DNA of 64,000 nt from Bacillota bacterium (GCA_963666425.2 OY762825.2:32001-96000); one strand, 5' to 3'; counted from the stretch's first letter, positions 23,398-33,428 are shown. Numbers and translations are program-made. The notes: generated by a model from the sequence alone, not told the origin.

Positions 23398-23731
23398 TTT
23401 CATTGCCTATATTTTTTTCACTGTGTTGGGACTTTTTATGATGAAATTTTCGGGTCACCCCATGCAGTTCAGCTTCAAGGATGGGTTCTTCAATTTTAAC
23501 ATCGGCAGCAAAATGTTTCTGGCGCTGATCTTTTATGTGACAAGTTTTTTGTTATGGACAGGCATCGTAGCCAAAAACGATTTAAGCTTTATCGTGCCAT
23601 TTTCTTCGGCAATTGTGAACGTGCTGGCTGTTGGCTTGGGAATTTTCTTTTTTCACGAAACAATGAATGTCTACAAGACAATTGGGATTATTCTGGCCAT
23701 TTTAGGGGTTATCCTGATGAATTATAAGTAG
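23384..23731 (+). CDS. Small DMT/EamA-SMR family membrane protein (possible lipid-sugar flippase)
   Basis: 115 aa, 4 TM helices, LS..VP and GIFFFHE..IGI pattern. Confidence 0.7.
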   Translation: MCLVNFIAYIFFTVLGLFMMKFSGHPMQFSFKDGFFNFNIGSKMFLALIFYVTSFLLWTGIVAKNDLSFIVPFSSAIVNVLAVGLGIFFFHETMNVYKTIGIILAILGVILMNYK

Positions 23732-23744
23732 AAATCAAGATAAA

Positions 23745-23803
23745 GCCAAGGGGACGGGGGTGTTGGCACAAACTATTTGTGCCAACACCCCCGTCCCCTT
23801 GGC
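23745..23803. repeat. Long palindrome P3 (28-bp arms, 3-nt loop)
   Basis: Same arm sequence as P1. Confidence 0.95.
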
Positions 23804-23821
23804 ACATTCTTTTTAAAGTCG

Positions 23822-23851
23822 AAAGGAATCTCATTGGCAAGAGAGGAATTT
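23822..23851 (+). promoter_or_regulatory. SigH-like promoter upstream of the EAL gene
   Basis: AAAGGAATC-N12-GAGGAATTT. Confidence 0.45.
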
Positions 23852-23952
23852 AAGTGCAAAGCTACAATCTACTAGTATTTTGATGAAAATTACTGAATCA
23901 GGCGATTGCTGATCAAATAGAAATAAAGCAGAGGAGCGAAAGGAGTGTTGTT

Positions 23953-26760
23953 ATGATACAACGCAGCACAGAAACAAAGCAAAGCTTTCTGTTGGAAGGC
24001 TTGAATAGAAAGCAAACTCGGCTATTGGTGATTGTCTTCATTGCTGTTATTTTTGCACTCAGCGGTCTTTATTTACGTTTTGCTTGGCAGCGTTATGAGA
24101 ACATCGCCTCATCGGAAGCGGTTATGTTGGCGCAGTCGCTGGTTACCTTAATACACTCCGAGGAGATTGCCGAACTATCCGGCAGCCTGGCGGATTTGGA
24201 AAAGCCAGCCTACAGAATGCTCAAAAGCAGCTTGATGCAACTGGTGAATACGACGAATCCAATTCATTTTGCTTATCTGATGCAAGAGCAGGCAGGCAGC
24301 ATTGTCATTCTGATGGACTCGGAATCACCCATCTCAGCCGATTTTTCACCGCCTGGACAAATCTATGAAGAAGCGGATGAAAGCTACCGGGAAGCTTTTC
24401 GCACAGGTAAGACGGTATTAACCGATCCGATCATCGATCGCTGGGGAACCTGGATCAGCGCTCTGGTTCCGATCAAAGATCGGCTTGACAATTCTGTCAT
24501 AGCCGCTTTTGGCATAGATTATGCCGCTTCAGAGTGGTATGCAGACTTGTGGAAGCAAATGATCCCCGACGCGATGATTGTTGCTTGCCTCCTGCTGCTT
24601 TTGCTGGCTTTGCTGCGTTCGAGGACACAGCAACTGGTTCTCACGCAGCTAAGTGAGAAATTGTCTTTTGATGAAAACTTCTACCACAGTGTGTTTGATC
24701 AGGCTCCGATTGGAATTGCCATTGTCAATGATAAGAGCTTTGTTATTCAATCGGAGTTTGGGTCGATGAATATCAATCCAATGTTCGAACATATTCTTGG
24801 CAGGACAAGTCAAGATTTAGGTAGGATAAAATGGACCGAGATCACGCATCCGGAAGACCTTGATAGCGATCTCAGTAAATTTGAACAATTTAAAAATGGT
24901 GTCATCAATGGCTATTCTTTAGAAAAGCGTTTCTTAAAGCCGGATGGTTCGAGCCTGTGGACAAATATCCACATCTCTCATCTCTTTGGAAACCATGATA
25001 AGCACTCAAAACACCTTTGTTTGCTGGAGGATATCAGTGCTCGCAAGTTAATAGAGAAGTCGCTCTTGGAAAGTGAACGCAGCAAATCGGTTTTGATTTC
25101 GAATTTGCCGGGCATGGCTTACCGCTGTAAATATGATCGCAGCTGGACAATGCTGTTTGTATCTCCCGGTTGTATTCCGTTAACCGGCTATCTACCGGAA
25201 AGCCTGGTGAACAACAGAGATTTATCCTTTAATGATCTGATCACGCCCGAATATCGCGAACCGCTTTGGCAAGAATGGCAGCGGACACTTATCGCGAGAC
25301 TGCCATTCAAGTATGAATATGAAATTACGGCTGCTAACGGAGAACGTAAATGGGTAATGGAGTTAGCGGAAGGAATTTATAACGAACAGGATGAAGTGGA
25401 AACACTGGAGGGCATTATTCTCGATATCTCAGACCGCAAAGCAATGGAGAATCATCTTAGATATAGTAATGAACATGATAGCTGGACTGGGTTATACAAT
25501 CGTGCTTACTTAGAAAATCTTTTACGAAACGATGCAAAAGCCCATAAAGCAGAGAAGAGAGCGCTCGTTGGTGTCAACCTGAGTACTGTGCAGCAGCTGA
25601 GCATGATCTATGGCTTCTATTACAGTCAAGAATTAATCAAAAAGGTCACCGAAGCAATGACTTTGCTGTGCAATGATCAATGCCAGCTTTTCAATACCTA
25701 TGTCAATCGGTTTATTTTCTATATCAAGGGTTATGAAGATAAGAACAGTTTAGTCGCTTTTAGCAATGTTGTTGTACAGGTGTTGGAATCGGTGTTTGCC
25801 ATTGAAAGAATTGGCGGTGGCATTGGAATAGTGGAAATAGACTCAAACAACGAGCAGGATCCGGACCGGATTCTGAAAGACTTGCTGATTGCATCTGAAA
25901 AAGCGTTTACTGTGATTGACCGTGATTTTGCTTTCTGCTTTTATGATGCGGAAATGGAAGCGCAGATTAACCGAGAAGAAACGATACGGCGGGAACTTGT
26001 GCAAATTGCCGCCGAGGAGAGACTGCAAAGATTATATCTGCAATTTCAACCGATTTTCGACCTAAAGACGAATCGCATCTGCGGCTTTGAAGCTTTGGCT
26101 CGCTTAAACAGCGAAAACCTGGGAAGTGTTCCTCCCATGGAATTCATCGCGATCGCCGAGAAAAACAAACTGATCATTCCTTTGGGTAACCAAATCATTC
26201 GGCAAGCGTTTCACTTTCTCAATCGACTGAAAGAAAATGGATATAACAATATCGACGTGTCCATCAACATTTCCGCCATTCAATTGCTGCGCAGTGATTT
26301 TGTGGAACGTTTATTCGAGCTGGTTGAGACAATGCAAGTAAACCCTGCCAATATCTGTATTGAGATTACAGAATCGATTTTTGTTTCGAGTTATCAGGCA
26401 GTCAACCAGGTGCTTGCTCAATTGAAGGCGATTGGCATGAGTATTGCGATTGATGATTTTGGAATTGAGTACTCATCTCTTGCCCGGGAACGTGAATTAA
26501 ATATCAACTGTCTGAAAATTGATAAATATTTTATTGATAAACTCCTCCTGTTAAAAGAAGAGGAAGCCATTACAGCCGATATTATCTCTATGGCACATCG
26601 CTTGGGTCACATTGTGATAGCCGAAGGAGTAGAATACGAAAAACAGCGACAGTATTTAAAAAAACACGGCTGCGATAAAATACAGGGTTATCTGATTGCG
26701 AAGCCATTGGATGAAGACGTGGCGATGGCGCTGCTCCACCAACAAGTCAGTCAAGGTTGA
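23953..26760 (+). CDS. Membrane sensor with PAS-PAS, degenerate GGDEF and EAL domains (probable c-di-GMP phosphodiesterase)
   Basis: Two TM helices, two PAS/PAC domains, D.WTGLYNR with YVNRF replacing GGDEF, FEALAR, DDFG, AEGVE and QGY motifs. Confidence 0.88.
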   Translation: MIQRSTETKQSFLLEGLNRKQTRLLVIVFIAVIFALSGLYLRFAWQRYENIASSEAVMLAQSLVTLIHSEEIAELSGSLADLEKPAYRMLKSSLMQLVNTTNPIHFAYLMQEQAGSIVILMDSESPISADFSPPGQIYEEADESYREAFRTGKTVLTDPIIDRWGTWISALVPIKDRLDNSVIAAFGIDYAASEWYADLWKQMIPDAMIVACLLLLLLALLRSRTQQLVLTQLSEKLSFDENFYHSVFDQAPIGIAIVNDKSFVIQSEFGSMNINPMFEHILGRTSQDLGRIKWTEITHPEDLDSDLSKFEQFKNGVINGYSLEKRFLKPDGSSLWTNIHISHLFGNHDKHSKHLCLLEDISARKLIEKSLLESERSKSVLISNLPGMAYRCKYDRSWTMLFVSPGCIPLTGYLPESLVNNRDLSFNDLITPEYREPLWQEWQRTLIARLPFKYEYEITAANGERKWVMELAEGIYNEQDEVETLEGIILDISDRKAMENHLRYSNEHDSWTGLYNRAYLENLLRNDAKAHKAEKRALVGVNLSTVQQLSMIYGFYYSQELIKKVTEAMTLLCNDQCQLFNTYVNRFIFYIKGYEDKNSLVAFSNVVVQVLESVFAIERIGGGIGIVEIDSNNEQDPDRILKDLLIASEKAFTVIDRDFAFCFYDAEMEAQINREETIRRELVQIAAEERLQRLYLQFQPIFDLKTNRICGFEALARLNSENLGSVPPMEFIAIAEKNKLIIPLGNQIIRQAFHFLNRLKENGYNNIDVSINISAIQLLRSDFVERLFELVETMQVNPANICIEITESIFVSSYQAVNQVLAQLKAIGMSIAIDDFGIEYSSLARERELNINCLKIDKYFIDKLLLLKEEEAITADIISMAHRLGHIVIAEGVEYEKQRQYLKKHGCDKIQGYLIAKPLDEDVAMALLHQQVSQG

Positions 26761-26790
26761 CGATACGAAACCGGTAAAGAGGTTACCCGC

Positions 26791-27981
26791 ATGACGAAAC
26801 AAGACTCTCATGGAAAATTACAAAAGCGAACTTTATGGCTCTGCTTTATTGCTTATATGCTGGTCTACACGGGCAGGCTGAACCTTTCGATTGCTTCGCC
26901 GCTGCTGCAAAATGGCGGTTTCCTCAACAAAGAGCAAATTGGCGTCCTGGGCAGTGTTTTCTTCTTTATTTATGCGGCGGGACGGATTATCAACGGCAAT
27001 ATTGGCGATCGAATTGCACCTAAACCGTTTCTTGCCTTTGGTATGTTTGCTTCTGCTCTCTGTAATTTGGCTATCGCAACGCTGCCGCCGATCTGGTGCA
27101 TGTATGTCCTGTGGGGCTGCAATGGTTTGTTTCAATCCATGCTTTGGGGTGCGGCGTTACGCAATGTCTCCCTGACCTACCCGTTGAAAGCCAAAGCTGA
27201 GCAGGCAGCCATGATTTTATCCGCATCGGTTGGTGTAGGTAATCTGCTGGCGATTGTTCTGGCCACCGGCATGGCGCAAATCAGCCTGCGCATGATCTTC
27301 TTTGTTCCGGGACTATTGATGCTGGTGATGAGCTTACTGCTCTTGCTCTTTTTGCCAAACAACAGGGCAGAGCAGAGTGCAGAAGTCAAGACAAGCTTTT
27401 CTTGTCTGCGCAATCCGAATTTGCTGAAAATGTTGCTGCCGGCGGCCATGCATGGCGTGGTAAAGGAAAACCTGACCTTGTGGACTCCGCTGCTGCTGAT
27501 GGATTTGTATCAATTGGATTTTTATAAAGTGAAGTATTATATTTTCCTGATGCCGCTGGCTACTTTGCTGGGGCGTATGTTGTTTCCTGTCTGGTATAAA
27601 CTGTGCAAAAACAACGAAACAAAGACACTGGTGAGCGCCTTTTTAGTTTGCATCGTCGCGCTGTTCCCGTTTCTCTTGTTGACACCGCCGATTTGGCTGA
27701 CCGGTATTCTTTTGGCTGTGGTCTGTATCTGCACTTCGGTGATCAATGCGGAATTGATGTCCGTTTATCCAATCAATTTTCAAAAAAGCAATCAGGTATC
27801 GACCGTATCGGGAATCTTGGACTGCGCCACTTACATTGGCTCCGCACTAGGCAGTGCAGCTTTTGGCTTCTTGATTATCGCCTCCGGTTACACTGCCATG
27901 ATCACCGTGTGGATTGTGCTGTGTATCTTGTCGGTCGGTATCTTATACCCTGTCAAATACGTAAAACTTAAATCCGCCTAA
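26791..27981 (+). CDS. MFS transporter (GlpT/OPA-like)
   Basis: About 12 TM helices, YTGRLN, G.IGDR and NGLFQSMLW motifs. Confidence 0.85.
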   Translation: MTKQDSHGKLQKRTLWLCFIAYMLVYTGRLNLSIASPLLQNGGFLNKEQIGVLGSVFFFIYAAGRIINGNIGDRIAPKPFLAFGMFASALCNLAIATLPPIWCMYVLWGCNGLFQSMLWGAALRNVSLTYPLKAKAEQAAMILSASVGVGNLLAIVLATGMAQISLRMIFFVPGLLMLVMSLLLLLFLPNNRAEQSAEVKTSFSCLRNPNLLKMLLPAAMHGVVKENLTLWTPLLLMDLYQLDFYKVKYYIFLMPLATLLGRMLFPVWYKLCKNNETKTLVSAFLVCIVALFPFLLLTPPIWLTGILLAVVCICTSVINAELMSVYPINFQKSNQVSTVSGILDCATYIGSALGSAAFGFLIIASGYTAMITVWIVLCILSVGILYPVKYVKLKSA

Positions 27982-27983
27982 AC

Positions 27984-28045
27984 ATGTACCAAGGGGACGG
28001 GGGTGTTGGCACAACTGTGCCAACACCCCCGTCCCCTTGGTACAT
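27984..28045. repeat. Long palindrome P4 (30-bp arms, 2-nt loop)
   Basis: ATGTACCAAGGGGACGGGGGTGTTGGCACA-ac-perfect inverse. Confidence 0.95.
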
Positions 28046-28152
28046 CCTGATCGGGAACATTCGGTTCGATTTTTCGTCTATCTTTTGTGATGCTTTAGTG
28101 CTAGAATACTCTTCGAGCATATATCAAGGCAATGACATGAAAGGACATCAAA

Positions 28153-29331
28153 ATGAATGTTCGAAAATTGAAATTCATAGTACTGTGTCTAACAACAATG
28201 CTGCTGTTGAGCGGCTGCAGTTTGTTCGGGAATGTAAAGCTGCCGCCCGCTGCTCCTCCAGGAAATGGTGAGCCGGAAGAATCGCCCGACCCCGTTCCAA
28301 CACCGAAACCAACAGAAACAACAGATGAAGTGAGAGCGAAGGCAATCTTGCAGAATATGACGCGGCAGGAAAAGATTGGTCAATTGTTTTTCGTCCGCTT
28401 AAGAAAAGATCAGGCATTTGAGGATATAAAAAACTATCATTTAGGTGGATTAATCTTGGTGGGGAATGACTTCGTCAACGAAAACAAGACAAGTATTAAA
28501 AATCTAATAACAAGTTATCAAACCGCCGCGTCAATACCAATGCTGATTGGAGTGGATGAAGAGGGCGGAACGGTCAATCGGCTCAGTATGTATCTGGCAT
28601 TTCGAGGGGTTCCATTTCATTCGCCAATGGATTTATACAACGAAGGTGGTTTTGCCTTAATCCGCAGTGATACCTTGGAGAAAGCGGAACTGTTACTGAG
28701 CCTTGGCATTAATGTAAACCTGGCTCCGGTTTGCGATGTTTCCACCGATCCAAATGATTTTATCTATGCGCGTTCTTTTGGCAAAGATGCTGCAGCGACT
28801 TCAGCCTATGTGAAAGCTGTCGTTGAAGTGATGGCAGAGAACAAGTTAGGCTGCGCTTTAAAGCATTTTCCTGGTTATGGCAACAATTCGGATACGCACA
28901 CAGGTGCAGCATTGGATGAGAGAGCGTATCAGACTTTTATCACCAGTGATTTTCTGCCCTTTGAGGCAGGCATCAAAGCGGGTGCGGGCAGTATCATGGT
29001 CAGTCATAATATTATCACGAGTGTGGATCAGGAACATCCAGCCTCTCTCTCTGCCGCGATCCATGAAATTTTGAGAAAAGATTTGGGTTTTACCGGGGTT
29101 GTGATGACCGATGATTTAAGTATGGATGCCATTAAGGGATACACAGGAGTCAGTGAGGCTGCGGTCCTGGCGATTCAGGCGGGCAATGATCTCTTGATTG
29201 CCACAAACTTTGAACAACAGATCCCCGCTGTTCTGGCTGCCGTTGAGCAGGGAACCATCTCTGAGAGCAGAATCGATGAATCGGTTATAAGAATCCTGGA
29301 ATGGAAACTCGCTCTCGGTGTGATCAAATAA
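28153..29331 (+). CDS. GH3 beta-N-acetylhexosaminidase lipoprotein (NagZ-like)
   Basis: LSGC lipobox, Pro-rich linker, VDEEGG, KHFPGYG..DTH and TDDL.M motifs. Confidence 0.88.
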   Translation: MNVRKLKFIVLCLTTMLLLSGCSLFGNVKLPPAAPPGNGEPEESPDPVPTPKPTETTDEVRAKAILQNMTRQEKIGQLFFVRLRKDQAFEDIKNYHLGGLILVGNDFVNENKTSIKNLITSYQTAASIPMLIGVDEEGGTVNRLSMYLAFRGVPFHSPMDLYNEGGFALIRSDTLEKAELLLSLGINVNLAPVCDVSTDPNDFIYARSFGKDAAATSAYVKAVVEVMAENKLGCALKHFPGYGNNSDTHTGAALDERAYQTFITSDFLPFEAGIKAGAGSIMVSHNIITSVDQEHPASLSAAIHEILRKDLGFTGVVMTDDLSMDAIKGYTGVSEAAVLAIQAGNDLLIATNFEQQIPAVLAAVEQGTISESRIDESVIRILEWKLALGVIK

Positions 29332-29339
29332 TACAAAAG

Positions 29340-29401
29340 TGTACCAAGGGGACGGGGGTGTTGGCACAAGTGTGTGCCAACACCCCCGTCCCCTTGGTAC
29401 A
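29340..29401. repeat. Long palindrome P5 (29-bp arms, 4-nt loop)
   Basis: TGTACCAAGGGGACGGGGGTGTTGGCACA-agtg-perfect inverse. Confidence 0.95.
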
Positions 29402-29523
29402 TTGGGCAAAACGATAAACCATCGCTCCCTACCGTGTGATTTTAGGCGTAAATGAAGGTAATCATAATTTGATGTGGAATTTGGCAACATAAAATATAAG
29501 ATAATGATACGAGGAGAGTACTT

Positions 29524-30006
29524 ATGAAAACATTAATAATTTATACATCGTTTCATCACAGCAATACAGAAAAGGTTGCACTTGCTATGGCGAAAGTGCT
29601 TGGGGCAGATACCGTGAAATCCAAAGACTTCAAAAAAGGAAAAATCAGCAAGTATGATACAATTGGGATCGGTTCTGGAATCTATGGAGGAAAAATTAAA
29701 AAGGATATAGCAGAAATAATAGATAGTGTTAATTGGGAAAACAAGAATGTTTTTGTATTTTCGACCAGTGGATGGGGGAGTATCAAGTATAACGATAGTA
29801 TGACCAGTATGCTGGAAAAGAAAAAGGCAAAAGTAATCGGGAGTTTTACCTGTAAGGGATTTGATACCTTTGGCATTCTTAAATTTTTCGGTGGAATAGC
29901 AAAAGGGCATCCGAATGCAGAAGACATCGAAAATGCGCAGAATTTTGCCCGAAATCTAATCGAGGCCAAGGGGACGGGGGTTGTGGCGCCAAACATTCTG
30001 TCTTAA
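29524..30006 (+). CDS. Flavodoxin family protein
   Basis: IIYTS.HH.NTEKVA, GSGIY, FSTSG and KGHP motifs. Confidence 0.88.
   Translation: MKTLIIYTSFHHSNTEKVALAMAKVLGADTVKSKDFKKGKISKYDTIGIGSGIYGGKIKKDIAEIIDSVNWENKNVFVFSTSGWGSIKYNDSMTSMLEKKKAKVIGSFTCKGFDTFGILKFFGGIAKGHPNAEDIENAQNFARNLIEAKGTGVVAPNILS
29965..29989. repeat. Degenerate half palindrome P6 inside the flavodoxin 3' end
   Basis: GCCAAGGGGACGGGGGTTGTGGCGC. Confidence 0.8.
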
Positions 30007-30125
30007 CGATTTTGTCAAAGAACGAAACTTAAAAAGTCATGCGAAAGAATGCAGGAATCGGATGAATCAATGCCGCCGTCCCTGTGGATCCATATTTAGC
30101 ACGAAAATGATAATTGCAAATTGTA

Positions 30126-30175
30126 AAAAAGGTGCTTGGTTCGCTGCATGATGTAACGAATCAAACACCTCTTTT
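30126..30175. terminator. Putative bidirectional terminator
   Basis: A-run-GGTGCTTGGTTCG...CGAATCAAACACC-T-run between convergent genes. Confidence 0.55.
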
Positions 30176-30316
30176 ATATTTCAGATTGATTGAACAGGAT
30201 TCCCTACGCTCTAATAATAACAATTTCAAAAAGAAAAGGAATTTTATTGCTTAATACACAAAGAATCAGAGCCTATCATATCTTATCACAATAGGAGAAC
30301 GCTTTTTTAGGGCTGT

Positions 30317-31087
30317 TTACCCGCATTCTATACTGATCTGATTAAATAATCTAAGTAGGTATTCAATTGAAGTTTTCTTTTTTTCCTCGCCTGACTTGTC
30401 TAGGATGATTCTGCCTTGATGCAGCATGATTAGGCGATTACCGTATTCTGTCGCGTATCTCAGATTATGCGTCACCATGATCGTCGTGATACCCTTACTG
30501 CGTACGATTTTATCCGTCAATTCCATGATGATTTCCGCGGTTTTGGGGTCTAGTGATGCAGTGTGCTCGTCTAAAATTAAAAACTCAATCGGTGTGATGG
30601 TCGACATCAAAAGTGCCATCGCTTGACGCTGACCGCCGGACAGCGAACCGACCATCACATCCAGCTTATCTTCTAACCCGAGTCCGAGCTGCCGCAGGTT
30701 TTCACGGTAATACTCGATCCGCTTATTATTTGTGCCAAGACCGAGGTCGAACGGTTGTCCCTTATTGTCTGCCAGGGACATGTTTTCTAAAATCGTCATC
30801 TCTGAACACGTACCCATTGCGGGGTTTTGATACACCCTGCCAATACGCTGATAGCGCTTGAAATCTTTCATTTGCGTGATGTCTGTTTCACCAATCAATG
30901 TTTTTCCCGAATCGATTTCGATACAGCCGCAAATAATGTTGAGCATCGAAGTCTTGCCGCTTCCGTTCGAGCCAATTACGGACACAAATTCTCCGTCTTT
31001 GATCGCGAGATTGAAGTCTATAAAAAGACAGGTTTCGTTGATCGTGCCTGGGTTGTAGATTTTTGAGATACTGGTCAGATTAAGCAC
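30317..31087 (-). CDS. ABC transporter ATP-binding protein (probable tryptophan uptake)
   Basis: GSNGSGKT, LSGGQRQ and LDEHT motifs; likely GTG start at 31087. Confidence 0.9.
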   Translation of the reverse strand: MLNLTSISKIYNPGTINETCLFIDFNLAIKDGEFVSVIGSNGSGKTSMLNIICGCIEIDSGKTLIGETDITQMKDFKRYQRIGRVYQNPAMGTCSEMTILENMSLADNKGQPFDLGLGTNNKRIEYYRENLRQLGLGLEDKLDVMVGSLSGGQRQAMALLMSTITPIEFLILDEHTASLDPKTAEIIMELTDKIVRSKGITTIMVTHNLRYATEYGNRLIMLHQGRIILDKSGEEKKKTSIEYLLRLFNQISIECG

Positions 31088-31958
31088 GATTCTTCCCCCT
31101 TGAATGCCGTTCTTGCCCAATGATCAGAATGATTAAAAACAGGGCTGCGGTCACAAGTTTCATGTCTGTTGCAGCAAGTCCGCAGGCAATTGCGATTGCT
31201 ACACAGGCCTTGTATAAGATACTCCCAATAATCACCGCGCTTGTTGGTTTAACCTTGGGCATACGCTGAAATAGATTGATTCCTATGATGACCGACGCGA
31301 GACCGATGACTACGGTTCCGGTACCCATTGAGATTTCGAAAAAACGCTGTTGCTGTGCCATGACACTTCCGCTCAGCGCGACTAGCGCATTGGCTATAAC
31401 GAGACCCAGAATCTTTATCGTGCCCTTGTCCTTTGCGAGTGAGGTGACAACCGTTGAATTGTCACCCACCGCACGCAGCAAATAACCAGATTTTGTTTTT
31501 AAGTAGCAATCTAATAGGAATTTAGCAAGCAGTACAACGATGCAGATAATCATCAGCGTTTTATAGGGTGCGAGTAGGCCGGAAAATATCTGATCAACAA
31601 ATCTATTTTTGAAGATGGTTGTCATGCTGAAGATCGGCACATTCGCCTTACCCGCAATATGCAGATTAATTGAATACAGCGCGGTCATCGTGATGATTCC
31701 CGAGAGTAAATCGCGGACCTTTAGTTTAACATGGATCAGCCCGGTAACAAAACCCGCTGCGCCACCCGCAGCAAAAGCGACCATCATCGCGAGGATGGGA
31801 TTGCACCCGTTTGCTATGAGGTTTACCGTTACCGCAGCACCCAGGGGATACGTTCCGTCGACGCTCAGGTCAGGGAAGTCTAAAATTTTGTAGGTGATGT
31901 AGACGCCGATTCCAATAATCGCATATATCATTCCCTGTTCCAGTATGCCAATTAACAT
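31080..31958 (-). CDS. ABC transporter permease
   Basis: DFPDLSVDG and LRAVGDN motifs; hydrophobic. Confidence 0.9.
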   Translation of the reverse strand: MLIGILEQGMIYAIIGIGVYITYKILDFPDLSVDGTYPLGAAVTVNLIANGCNPILAMMVAFAAGGAAGFVTGLIHVKLKVRDLLSGIITMTALYSINLHIAGKANVPIFSMTTIFKNRFVDQIFSGLLAPYKTLMIICIVVLLAKFLLDCYLKTKSGYLLRAVGDNSTVVTSLAKDKGTIKILGLVIANALVALSGSVMAQQQRFFEISMGTGTVVIGLASVIIGINLFQRMPKVKPTSAVIIGSILYKACVAIAIACGLAATDMKLVTAALFLIILIIGQERHSRGKNRA

Positions 31959-32096
31959 AGCCACTGCTACCTCAATCCATAAACCAAACCAAATCACAAT
32001 CTGGCTTGATTATTCTTTTATTTGGTGATGTATCTTATATCCCAGGTCAGTTTACTGCTATTGATAAGCCTGCTCCGCCTTTTGAAAATGTTCAAA

Positions 32097-33059
32097 CTAT
32101 TTAGTTACATCGTTCGCAGTGGCGGCCATTTCCGTTGGCAGTGTCAGCCCCAATTCAGTCATGACCGCCGAGTTGATGTATAGTTTACTTTCTTTGATCA
32201 CTTCGTAAGGTAGGCTAGATGCTTTTGCCTCACCCTTTAGCACCTTTGCCGCCATCTTACCTGTCTGCTTACCAAGTTCAAGATAATCAAGCCCCTCTGC
32301 TGCAGCACAGCCGGATTTAACCTGTTCAATTTCACTGCCGAATACCGGGATTTTTTTCTCTTTTGCCGCTTCCAGGATCACGGGAAGGGAGCCAACAACC
32401 GTATTATCCGTCAAGTTCGAAATACAATCAACCTTGCTGAGCAAATTTCCAATTGCAAGCGGGATATCTGACGCAGTGCTGATCCCGCTGTCTATGATTT
32501 CAAAGCCATATTTCTCAGCAAGTTGTTTGTAAATTTTAATGGCAGATTCGGAATTGACTTCGCTTGTGGTATAGAGGATACCGATTTTCTTTGCTTCCGG
32601 CATTATTGCACGAATGAGCTTTAATTGCGCTTCCACCGGGAGCATATCGCTGGTTCCTGTGATGTTGCCTTTATCGAGTTGTGCGGCGATCGGATCGGTT
32701 ACCGCGGTAAAAATGACCGGTATGTTCTTGCTTTCTGCTGCGTTGTATGCTGCCTGTGCCATTGGTGTCGCAATTGCACAGATCAAGTCAACCTTTTTTG
32801 AAATGAAGGCTTGGGCGATCAGGTTGGAGGTTCCACCGTCAAAGTTTGCATCTTGATAATCTACCGTTAAGTTTTTGCCTTCTATAATGCCCGCTCCTGC
32901 TAAACCTGCCAGAAAGCCCACGCGACAGTTATCTAGTGATGGGTGCGGACCAAACTGTCCGATTCCGATTCTATACTCGGTTTTTACCTGGTTGTTGCAA
33001 CCCGACATAACGCTAAGTACTAATATTGTTACACATATCATTGCTAAGAACTTTTTCAT
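32097..33059 (-). CDS. ABC substrate-binding lipoprotein (TrpX-like)
   Basis: MSGC lipobox, HPSLD, AVTDP, NITGTSD and TDNTV motifs; upstream Trp T-box. Confidence 0.88.
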   Translation of the reverse strand: MKKFLAMICVTILVLSVMSGCNNQVKTEYRIGIGQFGPHPSLDNCRVGFLAGLAGAGIIEGKNLTVDYQDANFDGGTSNLIAQAFISKKVDLICAIATPMAQAAYNAAESKNIPVIFTAVTDPIAAQLDKGNITGTSDMLPVEAQLKLIRAIMPEAKKIGILYTTSEVNSESAIKIYKQLAEKYGFEIIDSGISTASDIPLAIGNLLSKVDCISNLTDNTVVGSLPVILEAAKEKKIPVFGSEIEQVKSGCAAAEGLDYLELGKQTGKMAAKVLKGEAKASSLPYEVIKESKLYINSAVMTELGLTLPTEMAATANDVTK

Positions 33060-33149
33060 TTTTCATTACCTCTTTCATAATTTAGTTTGATCTGCAACTA
33101 TTTTCACAATTCCACCAGCCATCAATCATAAAAGACCATCCCCTTTACA

Positions 33150-33428
33150 CATAAAAAAATCCCAAGTATCTTACAGAATAAGATACTTGGGACGAAATTT
33201 CAGCTTCGTGGTACCACCCAAATTGGTTTTTTACAAAACCCACTCAATACACATACAAACATATGTGCCTAATTGATAACGGGTTTGGTTCCCGTCAGCG
33301 CCTACTCTCATGATGATTTCAGGCTGCCCTCAAAAGTCCATTCACTGCTCCGCCATATGCCGCAATCCCACCAAATGCAGCTCTCTGAAATACGGTGTTG
33401 AACAGTTACTCTTCTTTATCGCCAGTTT
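33150..33428 (-). ncRNA. T-box riboswitch, Trp (UGG) specifier
   Basis: Minus strand: AGAGA and GGTGGGA stem I motifs, specifier GAA-TGG-ACT (33338-33340), AGTA, CCGTTA, T-box AATTTGGGTGGTACCACG, terminator CCCAAGTATCTT/AAGATACTTGGG plus T run. Confidence 0.9.

Noticed and set aside
27984-28271. 95-aa ORF starting in palindrome P4 (likewise the ORFs across P5 and P2)
   Set aside because: Translation of the repeat, mostly overlapping real genes in other frames
19933-29989. Classical integron attC sites
   Set aside because: No RYYYAAC/GTTRRRY boxes or extrahelical bases, and no IntI gene; kept only as an integron-like hypothesis
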